A DNA stretch of 64,000 nt, from NCBI GenBank assembly GCA_051362555.1, contig CM120640.1, forward strand, positions 3,162,001-3,226,000. The letters run 5' to 3'. Made by a program: the position numbers and the translations under genes. Positions within the stretch are counted from its first letter, which is position 1, and every line of letters starts with the position of its first letter. This document shows positions 1 through 16,062 of the stretch, piece after piece. Origin of the DNA: Lingula anatina. Taxonomy: Eukaryota; Animalia; Brachiopoda. The notes under the pieces were generated by a model. The model was not told the DNA's origin. It ran no database searches and saw only the letters and a program-made list of their open reading frames with translations.

Positions 1-756
1 TCCGCCGATGCTGACCAGCTTCTTTAGATTAAAAAATAAATGTGCACATATATAGGTTTTAAAATGAAAAGGTCCGTATTGGAACTGAAGTTCTGGGTAC
101 ATAAAAAGAGAAAAATCAAAATCTTTCAGTGTGACATTAGTCCATATCGTGATCAAACCAAATATTTGTTGTTCAGCAAATACTTATTTGCCATCTGTGT
201 AAATAGTTGACAACACCTGTACGTTAGAAAACATGTCGTTTACCAAGGACATTTTTCAGTATCCAGGTAACATTTGGCTTAATTTCATAAAACCAGAATA
301 TTCACTATCTAAGATAAACCGTGGCCTTGTCTTTGCCGCATTACTATAAATTTTGCAAATTCTAATTCCGCTAGCAGCTATATTTGTAACAAAGAAGTTC
401 TAACTTTATGGCAAATGTAAATATTGAAGATGCCAGTTAATCATTTCATTTGTGTCATTTCATTCATTTCCGTACGTTTAACAGATGTCATCCGGTTGAT
501 TTTGTATTGACCAACATGCAATGTAAAAATTAAGGAAAGTTTGTTTGTCAAAACATTTTGGATCGCTTTTAATTTATAGACTGTATTGGGGGGGGGGGGG
601 GGGGGAGAGCAACGAAAAGCTCTCTTTATGTGTATTCTGTAGGATTGTATGCCTAACTCACAAACATTTTGTCTCTCTTAAATAATCACTTTTGATTAAC
701 ATTTTTGTTATACTGTCAACGCCAATATAATGTCCTTGGTGCATCTGTTCCGCCAG

Positions 757-1123
757 GTATGTCCGCCATGCAGGTGCGCGTATCTGTGGTCCAGCATCCA
801 TCACTTGTACCGGCGTTGCTAGGCAACCAGGTGCAGCTGCTGTGTGAGGCAATGGCCAGCCAGCCCATGGACGTGCTGAACATTGCCTGGATGTACAACA
901 CAGCCTCCAATATTGTGCAGACCAGTCAGAAGTATACCTTGTTCCGTGACCCTCAAATGGGCTTCTGGTCTGCCGTCAATTTGACCCTAACCATCAACAA
1001 CCTTCAGCCTTCAGATATGGGGAACTACAGCTGTCTGGCTTGGAACTCTGATGGGAGGTTAAGTGGAGAGACCTTGCTTCTGGAGACAGGTAAGAACTTG
1101 GTCAATGGAGGAATTAATGTGTA

Positions 1124-1174
<51 letters not shown>

Positions 1175-1417
1175 GGGCAACAAATATGATAGTTCATGCA
1201 TTCTTCTCTTCTAGATGGTGGAAATGGTGTAAATATTGAGCACCTTACGCCAGAGATCACCACAACAACAGCCATCATGACCACCACCCAGCAAACCACC
1301 ACAGAGCTCTATGAAAGACCAATGGAGAACAAACACAGTGGACAGATGGGGCTGAACACTTTGCCTGTCATCTACCTGGTCACAGCCAGCTGGTTAACAT
1401 GGATATCCTATGGATGA
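757..1417 (+). CDS. 3' part of an Ig-superfamily surface protein: Ig domain, Thr-rich stalk and hydrophobic tail (possible GPI signal). Exons 757-1089 and 1215-1417; 5' exon(s) not identified
   Basis: Ig motifs VQLLCEA...IAW...LTLTINNLQPSDMGNYSCLA. Phase-1 AG/GT boundaries at 756/1090 and AG at 1213-1214. The last exon reads TTTTAIMTTTQQTTT then LPVIYLVTASWLTWISYG-stop. Confidence 0.75.
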
Positions 1418-4109
1418 GATGTGCAGCTTTACACTTGTAGTTTCTTCAGTTCAGGGATTTCCTATAATCATTTTCTTTATTTTCCATAAGTTTACAAACA
1501 TATATTAACTGGCTGCATTAGAAATCACATGCTGATTAATGCAGTGGTCAGTAAAATGGGAAATCTTCACCTTTGTTTGACCAACCTTGTATTATAAAGG
1601 TTTTTGTACTTCACAGTCTGTTAACGCAAAGAACCTAAAATCAGACCATCAGACTTGGATTAGGGCGAGTCAAAGTACCACTCTATGATTGAGTTAACAG
1701 CCCCGCAATCTCTGGGGAATCATGGAAACAAATATGCCACCAGAACAGAATGAGGAAAATGACATTTTTCTTTCAACATGAGAAATATAATCCTGATGCT
1801 TTCTGGTAAGGACAGTGTATACATCAAGTTTAGAATAACAAGAACAACTTTCCCAAAGCCTTGGAAAAGAGAACAAATATCAGCAACCTGGAATTGGGGA
1901 TTATCACTACATCAATATGGGATATGGACGATGACAACAACACTGTATAAAATAATATAATTTCATTAACTTTTTAAATTAATGTTCAACTAAGAGAACT
2001 GTATTCATAACTGTGCTAGAACTGCTCAAAGAGGACCAAAAAAAGAAGAGTGAGAGAGAGTGAAAAAAAAGAAAATTAGTTATGTAAGCATATAATCAAG
2101 AAAGATTAATTACAACTAACTACCTCAAGGTAGTGAGGAGGACACTATATAAAGAAAGTTAACATTAGGGAAGAACACAGTCTCAGTGTCCCCTTGCTAC
2201 CTATATATTTTGGAATCAACAGAGGAAAATATGTGTAAATGCTACAGCAACAGTTGTCTGCCAGATACTTGCCTTGATAATGACATTTAATTTGTGGAGC
2301 AAAATTCCCAGGTTACTTCACCATATTGTATTGAATCATCATTTTTATAAATAAATTCTCAAGGCTGACAAATTGAAAGGATTAATAACAAGGGCATAGA
2401 ATGTCAAGAGAGCACCAAGTAGGGGTTTTAGCAGTTTAACAGATTGGTTGAAGAAACATCCAACTGACATGGAGCTTGCTCCAACTTATATATAAAAGAT
2501 CTTCACTACACTCCCAACCATACCATCATAATATAGAGCATCAAAGTGTTGGGGTGGGCAGCATTTTAATTGTATAAATAGGGTGGTTTTCTCAGTTTTC
2601 TCTACATAATGTCTATTAAATGTAGAATGCCTAATTATGAGAGATCTTTTAAAAGGTAAAATATTCTGTAAATTTAATACTGAACTTTATTACATGCAGT
2701 AGTTTATAACATCTATGTACCTAGAGAGTCTACAGAAAATGTTGTCTGCTACATTTATGCTACTATTTCATTAGTCTATGAATGAGAATCTAAAGAAGAT
2801 AACACAAATGAAAACAAATACTACTATTCGGTCTTTGCACAACCTTACATTACATTAAGTACATCCTGGACTTATGCATATAGAAAACATGATAGTCATG
2901 TAACAATTTTCATCTTTCTTTAAAATAGTTGTAAGCCCACAATGCTGCCTGCAGCACAGGTGCCTGTACAAATTGCATCACATAAACAACCCAAAAATGC
3001 TCTCTGCCATTGCAGTTAACATAGTCATACAAGTTGATTCATCAAAACTTATAAGAGTAAAAATGCATAATTGAAGTAGAAATTTTACAGCACCAAGAAG
3101 AAGTGTATTAGCAAAATAGTTCTTATAAAGTTTTCTACATCATAGAAATATTTGTGAGGATAGTTTTTTCAAGTAAAAAAAAACAATAATGCAAACAGTC
3201 CTGTCAAAAATAATAAGCACTGTCAATGGCATTAAAAAAGCCCTCTACAGAATCTAATATAAGCACATTTTATGCATACATTAAAAAATAATAATAAAAT
3301 AATGCTCTTCTGTTGGGGACTTCTAATTATTTCAGAAGTGGTGGCATAACGTGCCTTACCTAGTCAATTATCATCAAAATACAGGATCTCATCCATTCAC
3401 AAATGTATATTTATATATACACGTAAAAACTAGAATAAAACCCTTTCTTATTAATGCAGTACAGTCACCTGCCCCTAGAATATATTGCCTAACTTTCTCC
3501 TATGTGTATCTCCTACTGTAGATGATACCCAGGTATTTAAATTGTTTACCCATTTTACCCATTAACTAATTGTGATTACATGATAACTTAACGTAAATGA
3601 CTTCTCACACAAACATAAACTGAACTGAAGTATTTTTTTCTTTACAATACAGTTATCCTAGCTTTGTTCTCCATGTGACATTAAAACAGATAAAAAAAAA
3701 GAGTCAAAATACCAGTACATGACATACTGAGACAGTGCTATGGCTAAACTAGCACCATCAAATATTTATGAATAAAAGCGTACACAAGATTCAATAAGCA
3801 GCACGAAACATCAAGTAAAGTCTTTTACTACATCAGTGCAGTACACACGAGTACTCATAAGACATAATCTAATGACCCACTTCCACAGTATACATATACA
3901 GATGTTACTGAAACAAATGGCACCCTAATCACATTAACCCATCACATAACAGCACCCAAGTAGACAACTCTCAGGCTGAAATCCTCCTGTGTATTTTGAT
4001 CACAAAGAAACAGACAAATATAGGACCGTAAAACATGAATAAGAAAGTATGAGCACAATGGTGGTGGACGATGATGAATGCTGAAGCTGTTTATGTCAAC
4101 TTGTTCGTA

Positions 4110-6168
4110 TCATCCCAATGAAACGACTGGTCTTTTCAGTAACAGTTCACTCTCCTGCGACATGATAGGCAGCTTGTTGGTCATGTGATAGTTCACCAGG
4201 TGACTGATACTATCAAATGTGCGGTCGCGAGTTCTCACCTAAAAAAATAAATAGTTAAACCATTACATTGGATAAAATGAACACATTTAGTTCTGTAACA
4301 GAAGTGACAGCATATTCATAAATAAAAATATCACTGACAAGGAGATTTGTTTCTGGCTTTGTTGGTTTGTTAATTTAAGAGCCTAACTCAATAAATTATT
4401 GACAGATTTTTATTAAATTTTCAGAACGGTCAGAAATGGGTTTAAATGGAACCTATTACATTTTGATGATCTGGTATTTCCTTAGAAACAATGAGAATTG
4501 AGCTACTTTGGTAAAGGTCTGCATTCTCTGTGAGCTTTTCTAGTTAGTACTGAAGTTTGAATAAGTAGAGAGGTGTATAGGAAAATTTATTTTTCAGCAT
4601 TATAACATAATTTCCTACATACCACTCCATTGGGATCCACTAACATCAGATGTTTGAAGTGGCCACTCCTCATCCCGCTTAGTATGTACTGACCGGGACT
4701 GTTTTTACTCTCACGCACCAAAAAATCACCATCTTTTTTCAGTTTTTCTTCAGCCTGAAACAGAAGTGTTTTTTTTTTCTTTAAGTATGACATAAAAGGC
4801 TTATATCTGAAGACTGCAGGCAAAATATTTTTAAAAAATCTTCACAAATTATTTTTGAGTTTTTCACTGTCAAAGTACAATATCAGGCCATCATAATTGA
4901 ATGTACCACCATTTTGCAATGTTAGAAGTATCCCAGTAGTATCCCACCTGTTGTCTTGTGAGTGCACCATGGAACCATTCCTCATTTTTGGGTGTTATGT
5001 CACCAGGGGAGCCTGAAGCTGCTCCAGTTTGTTCACCACTTAAGCTGCTTTTAAATGGTTCTGAAAAAAAGATTGCATTTACTATCTTCTTTGCAACTTT
5101 CCTTTTGAACTTGTTTTCATATGGAGATTTCAATTTACTATTTAACGTATTAAATGACAGTGGGCAATACGGGTCTTAGATCAAAGTATAAAAGACAGTT
5201 TACCAAGAGAGCCTTTTCAAACACTTTTTTTTGGTGGGTACCGCAGTTTTTCTTAAACAAAGCTTCACATAATGTTACATTTCTAAAACAGCTTACATGG
5301 TCCTCTTAACTGTTTTCATGTCTGAGCAATATCATTTTATTACATAACTCTCTATTCACCAAACTAAGCCAGGCTTAATACATGAATATTTGTCACTGAT
5401 CTTTTATATTCATACGCCATGCCTACAGCAACAGGCAATAATTACTGTAGCAGTTCCCAATGGTATACTCACTCATGTCAAATGGGTCCAGATCCTTACT
5501 AGCCCCACTTGTAGCACCGTGATTATCATAGACGCCGCCCCCTACAGCCCCCTTGGCTTCCATCTCTGCCAGTTCATTGGGCAGGTTGTCATATGTTACA
5601 GGTGGTTTAACCATTGACAGATCACTCTCAGCTGAACATAAAACGAATGATAAAATGGTTGTAAAATCATAAAACTGGTGGATTCCAGGGCTATATATTA
5701 GAACATTTCTACCATACCTTGACCTTTGTTGTTGGACTAATGAACACTTTGACATTAATTACTTACTGGATATGATCCAGCACACAAAGTGTATTATTTT
5801 TCAACTGTCATACAAACCCTCAAAGTCATCTTGAAATGCCTCTTTCTGTGGCTCTGATAAATCCACCAGTAAACCTATTGCACCATCTTTATTGTCGTAC
5901 ACTGGATCTCTGAACTTTACAGAGGAATAACCATTCTCATCTACCTATATGAACGGAGAAATACATGATGATCATTAACATTTACAATGTTCCTTAAAAT
6001 TATTGTAGTTTATCAAGTTAAACTCGTTATAATTAATTCATCCATAACTTTTCCTCAAACATACTTTAGTTCTTCAAGTAAAACTTGATATAACATTATA
6101 CCATATCAAAATGTTTAATTTAATTTTTTACAACACCATCTAGGCCAAACAAAACTTTAATGTCAAAG

Positions 6169-6215
<47 letters not shown>

Positions 6216-9050
6216 GTCCTTGAGTCTTACAGGTTGGTTGGACTTGGGAGCAGAGTAAACTGGGAGAGGTGGTATGGGTGGAGCCTGATCAGGTGCTACA
6301 GCTCCAGGTCTGTCATTGTAATAGTCCGGGTCATCTCCCCAGGCTGACTCCTCATTGCTGAACACTGGACTCTCTAGTCTTTAAACAAACAGAAACAGGA
6401 ATAATGTCATGTTTCATGTATGATAATTATTTGACACAAGTTGAAAATAATTTCATACTGTTGGCTTGCAGCCAACATGGATGTAGGCCTTCATCAGACT
6501 GACATGAGTTATTACTAACTAATGTTATGTTCAGTAAATGTTTCTTTATATTCAAAGAAATCCCATGGTATTCTTCAAAATAAATCTTTGGTATTTTATA
6601 CAATAAATACAATTGAATGTCTTTTTTTTAAATAGCTGTGACAGTTATCCTTCATATCATGGTGTAATATGTGAAAGTTTTGGCTGTAAGTGGAATAAAT
6701 ATACAAAACATTCAATGATAATGTGCAAAGAGCAAAAGAACATACTGGCAAATGCTAAAGCAGAAACACACATACTTGTCTGGGAGATTCATTGCCTTGG
6801 GCTGATTTCTGAGAAACTCTTTAAATCTCAGTTCGAAGGCCTGTCCCATGGTGGTGATGACATCCTGTGCTAGACCTCCCCCGCACTCCAGTATGTGACA
6901 GGCACGCCCATTCACAGAGTCCTTGGCCACATAAGCTACAAAGTCCATGGTATCCTATAAACACATAATGCATACACTTTAAGTATAACTGGGTACTCAC
7001 TGAATTAACAATTGAAGATGCAGTTACATACAAATACACACACCTTCACTCCCTCTTTCTCTCTTTAAACCAAGAGATATATCCATAAAAAGCTGATTAA
7101 CCAAAAAGCTCCAGTATAAAATTCTATATTTGCCAGAGTGAGTAACACAATGATATTACTATATTATGTGATAGTGCTCTGTATGTGAAAAGTACTCACT
7201 GGATCTCCTCCTGAGGCAAAAGATATCCCAGGCATTTCATGGTGAACGAGAATCTGAAAAAAATTGCTTTAAATTTGATACTGTGTTGGGTGGGACATTG
7301 TGTGTTGTGATGACATATATCATGATAGTTGTGTCATTTTGTCTGTTGTAAGAATAACACAACAGATGCAATAACATGGTTGAGACATTGTGTCTGCTGT
7401 GACAAAAGATAATGTGTTAGGTGGGACATTGTGTCTCTTGTGAAAAAAGAGATCATATTGGTAGAGACATTGTGCCTGTTGTGCTAATAGATACTATGTT
7501 GGTTGATGTTGTGTCTGCTGTGACAATAGATATTAAGTTGGTTGAGTCAATAGTGACAATAGATAAGGTGTAATAATACACTGCACCTCTCCTGTGTCCA
7601 TAATCATCAGAGTCAAGGCATCTGTGGTGATGGTCAAGTTCACATTTGTTCCTGCATATATCATCTTGGGATGCTCGCCTAATATTTTTACTAATTTCTT
7701 GTCCTGAAATACCAAACAGAATCATAATATTTTGTGACACAAACCAACGCTTTTGATATACTTGGGTAAACCAAACAAGTTTTAAAATATAGATGCTCAT
7801 CAAAATGAAAGTTACAACATTCTTTCTTTGAACTTTTAAACATTTTCTGTAAAATACCTTTTTCTTCTTTGTAGCTGTTTTCAATCCAGCAGCATCACAC
7901 ACCCTACTGATTGACTCCCTGAAAAATATCATTGGAAAACTTAAATGGCTTCCACTGTCTTAAACTCTTACTTTTCTTTTCAAACATCATACTGTCATTC
8001 CATGTGTCAATATGGTATCTTATGCAGAAAGCCAGGAACTCAAAATCTTCCTAAACAATAACCTTTGAATTAAATTTTTAATTAAAGAAATGAACGTAAC
8101 TGACAACTTGGCATGTATCCAGTGAAAATACTGGTCCTTATCAATGTATATTTATGTGGTATATTTATGTTGGAAATGTCACAGAGTAATAGAGAGTGAA
8201 TTCGAGTTCATCAAAGATGCCACGAATATAAATTTTATATCATATTTCTACACAGTCAAAAGCCCTTTGGATATAAACATACTTTGAAAGTTAAACAACT
8301 CATGTAAAGTACTCAAAACCATACATTTTCATAAAATATTTTGTTCAATCCATTATCTTTGATAACCCTTTATCACAACATGTCATAGCACCATCTATTA
8401 ATAGATTAATGAATACCCAAAATATATCATAGACTTATTTTTATAGAACACGATAAACATACTTTGCAACAGCAGTTCTTGTTTCAAAGTCCAGTGTCCT
8501 CATCGACTGCCTTACTTCCATACACCCCACATACTGGAAAAACATTTGCACAGTATATTAGTTATTTTTTTCATTCAAGGTGTGAACAGTACTATCATAA
8601 CATTTCCAATCCCTAAAATATTTTCATCTACCCAATATCTGAAATGGGGTATCAACTAATTTTAATATAAAAGCATTTCTGCAGGCATAAAGTTTGATTT
8701 TTACTGAAGTTACCTTTTAAACAACAAATTTGTCTTATTGTATTTCATTAAATATCACAATAAATTCAATGTCACAATTGATCACATGGCACATTCACAT
8801 GCAAACACCCATTGCAATGGCACAGCTAACACACTTACCCAACCGTGAGCCTATAACTCACTTAACATGAGGTCATAAAACTTACCTCTAGACATAACAC
8901 ACTTACCCTGAGACCATAACAAACACCAGCTTCAGGAGACAGTTGATCATCAGGATGAAGCCATCCTTTTGTTGGTTTGTTTATAAATGTGCCTGTTTTG
9001 GACCAATCACTACCTTGTGGAGGCTTGCCTTTCTTTAATAGCTTGTCCAT
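4110..9050 (-). CDS. SHC1: SHC-transforming protein (PTB-CH1-SH2 adaptor), about 12 coding exons
   Basis: Exon peptides [56 protein letters not shown]...RACHILEC...[14 protein letters not shown] (PTB), [21 protein letters not shown]...GQYILSG...[29 protein letters not shown] (SH2). Canonical GT-AG introns; TGA at 4110-4112. Confidence 0.95.
6169..6214. repeat. (AAAT)n microsatellite in SHC intron
   Basis: About 11 tandem TAAA units. Confidence 0.9.
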
Positions 9051-10149
9051 TTTCTAAATAAAAACATTTTAAAAAGTAATAAAACAGGGATTCATGAATT
9101 GAGTTTCTTTACATTTATAAATCATTTAATAAATTATGACCTGGATTGCCAATGAGACAATTTTTAAATATTATATTGTATAACATGGTAATTTATATTC
9201 ATGTATTAGAATGGAAAGGTTTGAAACATGTTTATAGCTTATATATTTCCTGGGGTTTTAGGATTCTCAAAGTGAAATCCTTATCTTTAACCCCCATAAA
9301 TCATGATATTGTAGAGTATGAAGATTACACAACTAGTGAAAACTCAGGTTGTCATGCCTCAGGTTACGAAAATTTCTGTACATAAATGGAGATAGAAGCT
9401 GTGAGATTTTACCAACATTTTACAAGCTTAATTCACAAACAATCTCTAAACATCAGTGTCTGTGATAAATTCTTATTCTACCAAAGCCAGAAAGAGTCAA
9501 CATATTTTAGAGTTTAAAAAGTCCTTGGTAACTAATGCATGAATAGAGAATTTAAAAAGAAAGAAATGAGTGGAAAACTTGGCAAAAATCAATGACATGT
9601 TTGCTAAGAAACTCCAAGGTGTAAGTCTTTGTACTGAGAATATCATTTTTCTGCAGTTTGATAAGATTATGTATAGAGAGCCACAGAACGACGCTGTAGC
9701 ATAGAGCCGCCCCATGGTGTATCACGTTCTACAGTGTTTTTAATGTATATGTATGCAAATTTTCTACGTTAATGAAAATTCAAGGAATCATATATTCAAT
9801 CAGAAAATCTAAGTAAACCTACCTTTAATGCAGTCAATCTCTATACGAAAAAATAATAACTTTTCAATTTTATCGCTCCCCTTACATGATTCATAATTCG
9901 ATAATGACACAGACACTAATCTTGTAGCGGGAAGTCACGTCAAAAGAAAAACTCCGTGAATAACTCCTATTCAACCAAACAATGTGTAAAAAGACTGTGA
10001 AAGTATTGATAGTTGGAGACATTAGAAATGGAATCTAATGACCTGAGACCAATATTAAAGCACTCATGAATAGCTTAACAAAAATACCACACCCTTCAAT
10101 ATTATTAACACCTGATATTATGAGACATACCTTAGAAAGGTGCCCCGAG

Positions 10150-10430
10150 TTCGTAAAGCAGGAAGTATTTTCTGTATCCCTCTTATGCGCAAGCGCATAG
10201 TGATACTTCCTGTTGAATATTTCACTTCATAAATTCAAATTATGTATGTAGCATAGTAAAATTAGAAAAAAATATATTGAACTTTGTAATACTTAATAAG
10301 TATTCTCTAGTGCACTTCTGTTTTTCCTTTGATTTTAGTATTCTTGACTTTAAAGAAAGTCGTATATTGACCAATCACAATTCAAGGAGAATGTCACGTG
10401 AAAAAGAGGCACCTCATTCAAATCTGGAGA
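10150..10430. promoter_or_regulatory. Bidirectional SHC/CKS promoter
   Basis: Lies between divergent 5' ends. ETS sites CAGGAAGT 10159 and ACTTCCTG 10205, NRF1-like palindrome TATGCGCAAGCGCATA 10184-10199, CCAAT 10371, E-box GTCACGTGA 10393, CHR-like TTCAAA 10417. Confidence 0.6.
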
Positions 10431-10492
10431 CAGCAGACTATCGGATCTCTGCCGACTAATCCAGTACGGTTTTTCAACATTATATCTTTAAA

Positions 10493-12192
<1,700 letters not shown>

Positions 12193-13521
12193 TGTGTATA
12201 TTATGGTGGATAAAAAGACTGAAAAAACTAGGAAGTATATTAATTGTGTATGAGTTGAACAGTGACATTGACTGCAGTGTTAATGACTTCACAAATATAT
12301 ACACCATCTGTGTTCACAGACTACCGAGTTTGTTAACTACACTGTAATGCAACAAAAAAATTAATGCAATGACACTGAAAGAAACCACAAATCCCCCATT
12401 TGATGCTGAATACGACTGAACAACACATGGATGATTGACTAGGAAAAAAAAAGAGTATTCAGCCCCAATTAACATCTCTGGAGTTGTTAACAGAAGATTG
12501 GTTGAAGAATGTGCAATTGTGCGTTGATTGTGCTAAAATGTGTGAAAGGAAATACTGGGGATGTCAGAAAATTAACAGGGAATGGTTTCTTGTAATAACA
12601 TGCAGTTAGTTATGACTAGCATGTTACTCGAATGTTACTATGATCCACTCTGCCAAAAGTTCAGATTTACCTTCAGGGAAGGTATGCATTATCTGGCATT
12701 TGTTTGTTATTAAATCTGTTTTAGAACATTGTAGTGTCAGTAGTAGATAGTTACAGTACTTACTGTTGTTATATTTATAGCTGTATAGTTTACTCTGATT
12801 AAATGTATGCACTTTTCTGAGAAAATACCAAGAATGTTTCAAATATCACTCCAGCAGAGCTTAGTAGTATATTTCCTCAGGATATCAATTTAATGTAAAA
12901 TGAATCCTTTCATATTGGAGATGGGGAGGGGGGGATATATTTTCCAAAGAAAAGCTTTTTCTTTTTACTTCACCATATATTCTGTTTATAAACTGGTGAC
13001 TAGGATTTGTTTGCATTGGGGGAGAGGGGGGGGGGGGGTCCAGATTGGAAGTTGCTATTAAATTCAGGAAATGCAGGGAATAGACATACTCATTTATCAT
13101 CATTGTTTTATAATTTATCATACTACATTTGTCAATAAATTTCTAAAATAATAACTGATAAAATTGTTTGACTTGTTACGATTGATATTTATTTCATTTT
13201 CACTTTATGTTTCTTGTAGACAATATTTTAAAAATGCAAACTGTTTGGATAATACTTTCCATGATTGAGCAACAAAAATGTACAATTATTGTGAAATATG
13301 CATCAATATGATTGTATATCACAGGACATAAACAAAAGTTGAGCAATGAGAGTTCCATCATAGGAAAAAATTACGAATACTGATGATTGTCTTTACCTCC
13401 AATATCACTTACTATACTACTAACAAAATAGTGGCAAGTGCACCATAAACAAGTTCTTGAAAGACATACCGCTTCAACAAAGGAGATGCATAGATGAGAT
13501 GTGAACACACTTGGAGAATAA

Positions 13522-14158
13522 CTAATCAGAACATGGCACGATGAGAGGACATACGAACTCCGAGTGCCTAACACCCAGAGAGTGTTTGGGAGGTGTTGGT
13601 TTGTGTACAGTGACACGCTCAGGCCGATGAGCACCTGGTCCTGGTTTAACTGTAGTATCACCTGGCATATAGTGGCGAGACTGGAGTCCATAGATTGGAG
13701 CTTTGTTTCTCCAGGTGTTTGGATTGAGAGCGTCATAACGTCCAGGGCCAGGGGTTTTTGATAAGTCCTCAGCAAAATGGCCAACATTCCTTCTTGCTGT
13801 CATGGAATAACTTGGATATGACCTCTTGTTTGGTTGAGCAGGGCCAATGAGTTGAGGAAGAGAGTATACATTGGAAGCAGGGTTCTTGTCACTTTTTCTG
13901 AAGCGTGTACGGGCACCCATTGAGTAAACTGGAGCATGCTTTTCTCCTTGTGGATGAGCTTTTTCATTTTCATACCGTCCTGGGCCTGGGGTTTTGAAAA
14001 AATCTGAAAAACAGAAGGATTGCCAATGAAAATATTTTCTATCTTAAAAAAACAGCAATGCTTAAAATGTTGTTTTTATAGTGATCAAAATTATTATAAA
14101 AGGGGTTCATATATTCATGGCCTATTTCAATGTGACAAGGGTCATTAGCAAGATGAAT

Positions 14159-14250
<92 letters not shown>

Positions 14251-15504
14251 AAATAGTACTCCTTTTATGAAATTGTGCTAGTATCTAGGACATTATTTTG
14301 GTATGTAATACTAAAAACAGAGCAATAATATGTAATGGGAAGTGCTTTAGTGATGGTCGATTGATTTGTGTTAGGGTTCATTCGTGTTTGGTCTGAAGTC
14401 TCTTTTGGTTGTATGCAAGAGATGAGTTGTTCGTGTGTCAGGCCTTGAGAAAGACTTTGATCATGTGTCTTCAGATATAATAAACTTAAGCACATCCAAC
14501 AAAACTGTCAGTTTTTATTTGAAAAATTTAAGCCACTGTGACAGTTATATTGTAAACATTTAATTGACTTACTTGGATCTTTTGGCCTGGCTAGCATGGA
14601 GTATGATGGAGTGCCATCTTTCCCGTGCCGTGTGTGTCTTGGATCAATGAAGTGGGCAGGTCCAGGACTGCAGTCTTTTGCCACTGAAAGAAAACAATGA
14701 AAAAATAATGCATATGTCATGGAGTCAGTTATAGTTTGATAGTTTTTGTGAATATCAGCAAACATGAAACTGGCCATTTTTTAAGTATTGCATAATGTGA
14801 AAGCGTGCAGTAAAATAATATGTTAAAAAATCCAAGTTCCTTTAAGTCAGCCTGTGGTTTATGGCACATATGATGATTTTTTGTAAATTAAGGTGATCGA
14901 CTTATACTAATGTATAAACAACTGTTTGCCAAGCCATGGATAGATAGGCAGATGATAGTTTTTTTATTAAAATGACATGCATCTCTAAACAAAACAAGAA
15001 TTATAATTTTAATTTGCAAGAATAATAATAATAATTTATACCGGTATGTCACACAGGTAAATGGATCAGTTTATTATATGAATGACACTTACTCAAACTA
15101 CCAAGCCTTTGTCCAAAGGAGTGTGCAGGTTTCATATGCTTTGTAAAATCATGGTCTATGTATCCCAATGTAGAGGGAAGGCCATACCGTCCTGGTCCAG
15201 GTCCTTGTAAAATGAAAATGATATGTGGATAAAATAAGTCCATTCTTTTTTTAAAAAAAGCAAGTACCAGTACCATACAACAGCAGTGAACTATACAGTA
15301 ATTAACATTTTCTTGTCACACCTATAATAATAATAATAAAAATAATAATCAGAATTGAGATACATCCTTTGTTAAAACGTCAAATGTATTATTCAATATA
15401 ATCTTGCAAAACTCACCTCTCTCTCTGGCTGCTATAATAATTCCTTTGCCTGATTTCCCGGTTGTTTGCTCATTTCCTTGTCTAGCATCTTTTTCTGTTT
15501 CCAT
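13522..15504 (-). CDS. ODF3: ODF3/SHIPPO1-family (CIMAP1) ciliary microtubule-associated protein. Exons 15417-15504, 15093-15203, 14573-14683, 13522-14003
   Basis: IAARERGPGPGRYGLPSTLGY, SPGPAHFID, TPGPGRY, KPGPGAHRPE and LGVRHSE: repeated PGP (SHIPPO) motifs with clean splice sites. Confidence 0.9.
14161..14245. repeat. (TG)n(TA)n microsatellite in ODF3 intron
   Basis: Long perfect TA run seen directly. Confidence 0.95.
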
Positions 15505-16062
15505 TTTTAAATCATACACGCTTTATCTCTGGTCTGTGTATGATCTCCTGCAACCTGAAGCTTCTGTTCATTTAATGCCAATAAAAACACACGTGTATCT
15601 ATTTACGGGAAATAATAGTGTCTCCAATGACGCCAAACATAGCAACGTAACAACCACCGAGAGGTGGCTACATAAACATGGGCGTGAAAATACGAGACCT
15701 CAAGAGGAGCCATGAAAACATTTTTCATTTCCGGTCTAAGCACTGGTAAGTCGAGTCACCTGACGGAAATAATACAATTTACTGCTAATTTGCTAATTTT
15801 AGACAATGAATTTGCGCTTGTCCAATCTTTGTGTATGGTTTCAGAGATTTCAAAGCATATTTTGCCGATAGCAATATAACTTAACTGTGTTTGCTTGGTT
15901 CCAGAACAAAAGTGTATATGTTTTTATCCCATACTAATTGGACACGCATTCATTGCTGACTAATGAGTAGTAATGTGTGTAGTGAAATTATTCCTCCAAG
16001 TAAACTCTACACAGACTGTATATACTGGTGCCAATTTCGACTTTGGAATGATCTTTTTCATT

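Noticed and set aside
7280-7570. Degenerate GACATTGTGT repeats in a SHC intron (similar short repeats at 27887-27975)
   Set aside because: Decayed intronic minisatellites with no further structure.
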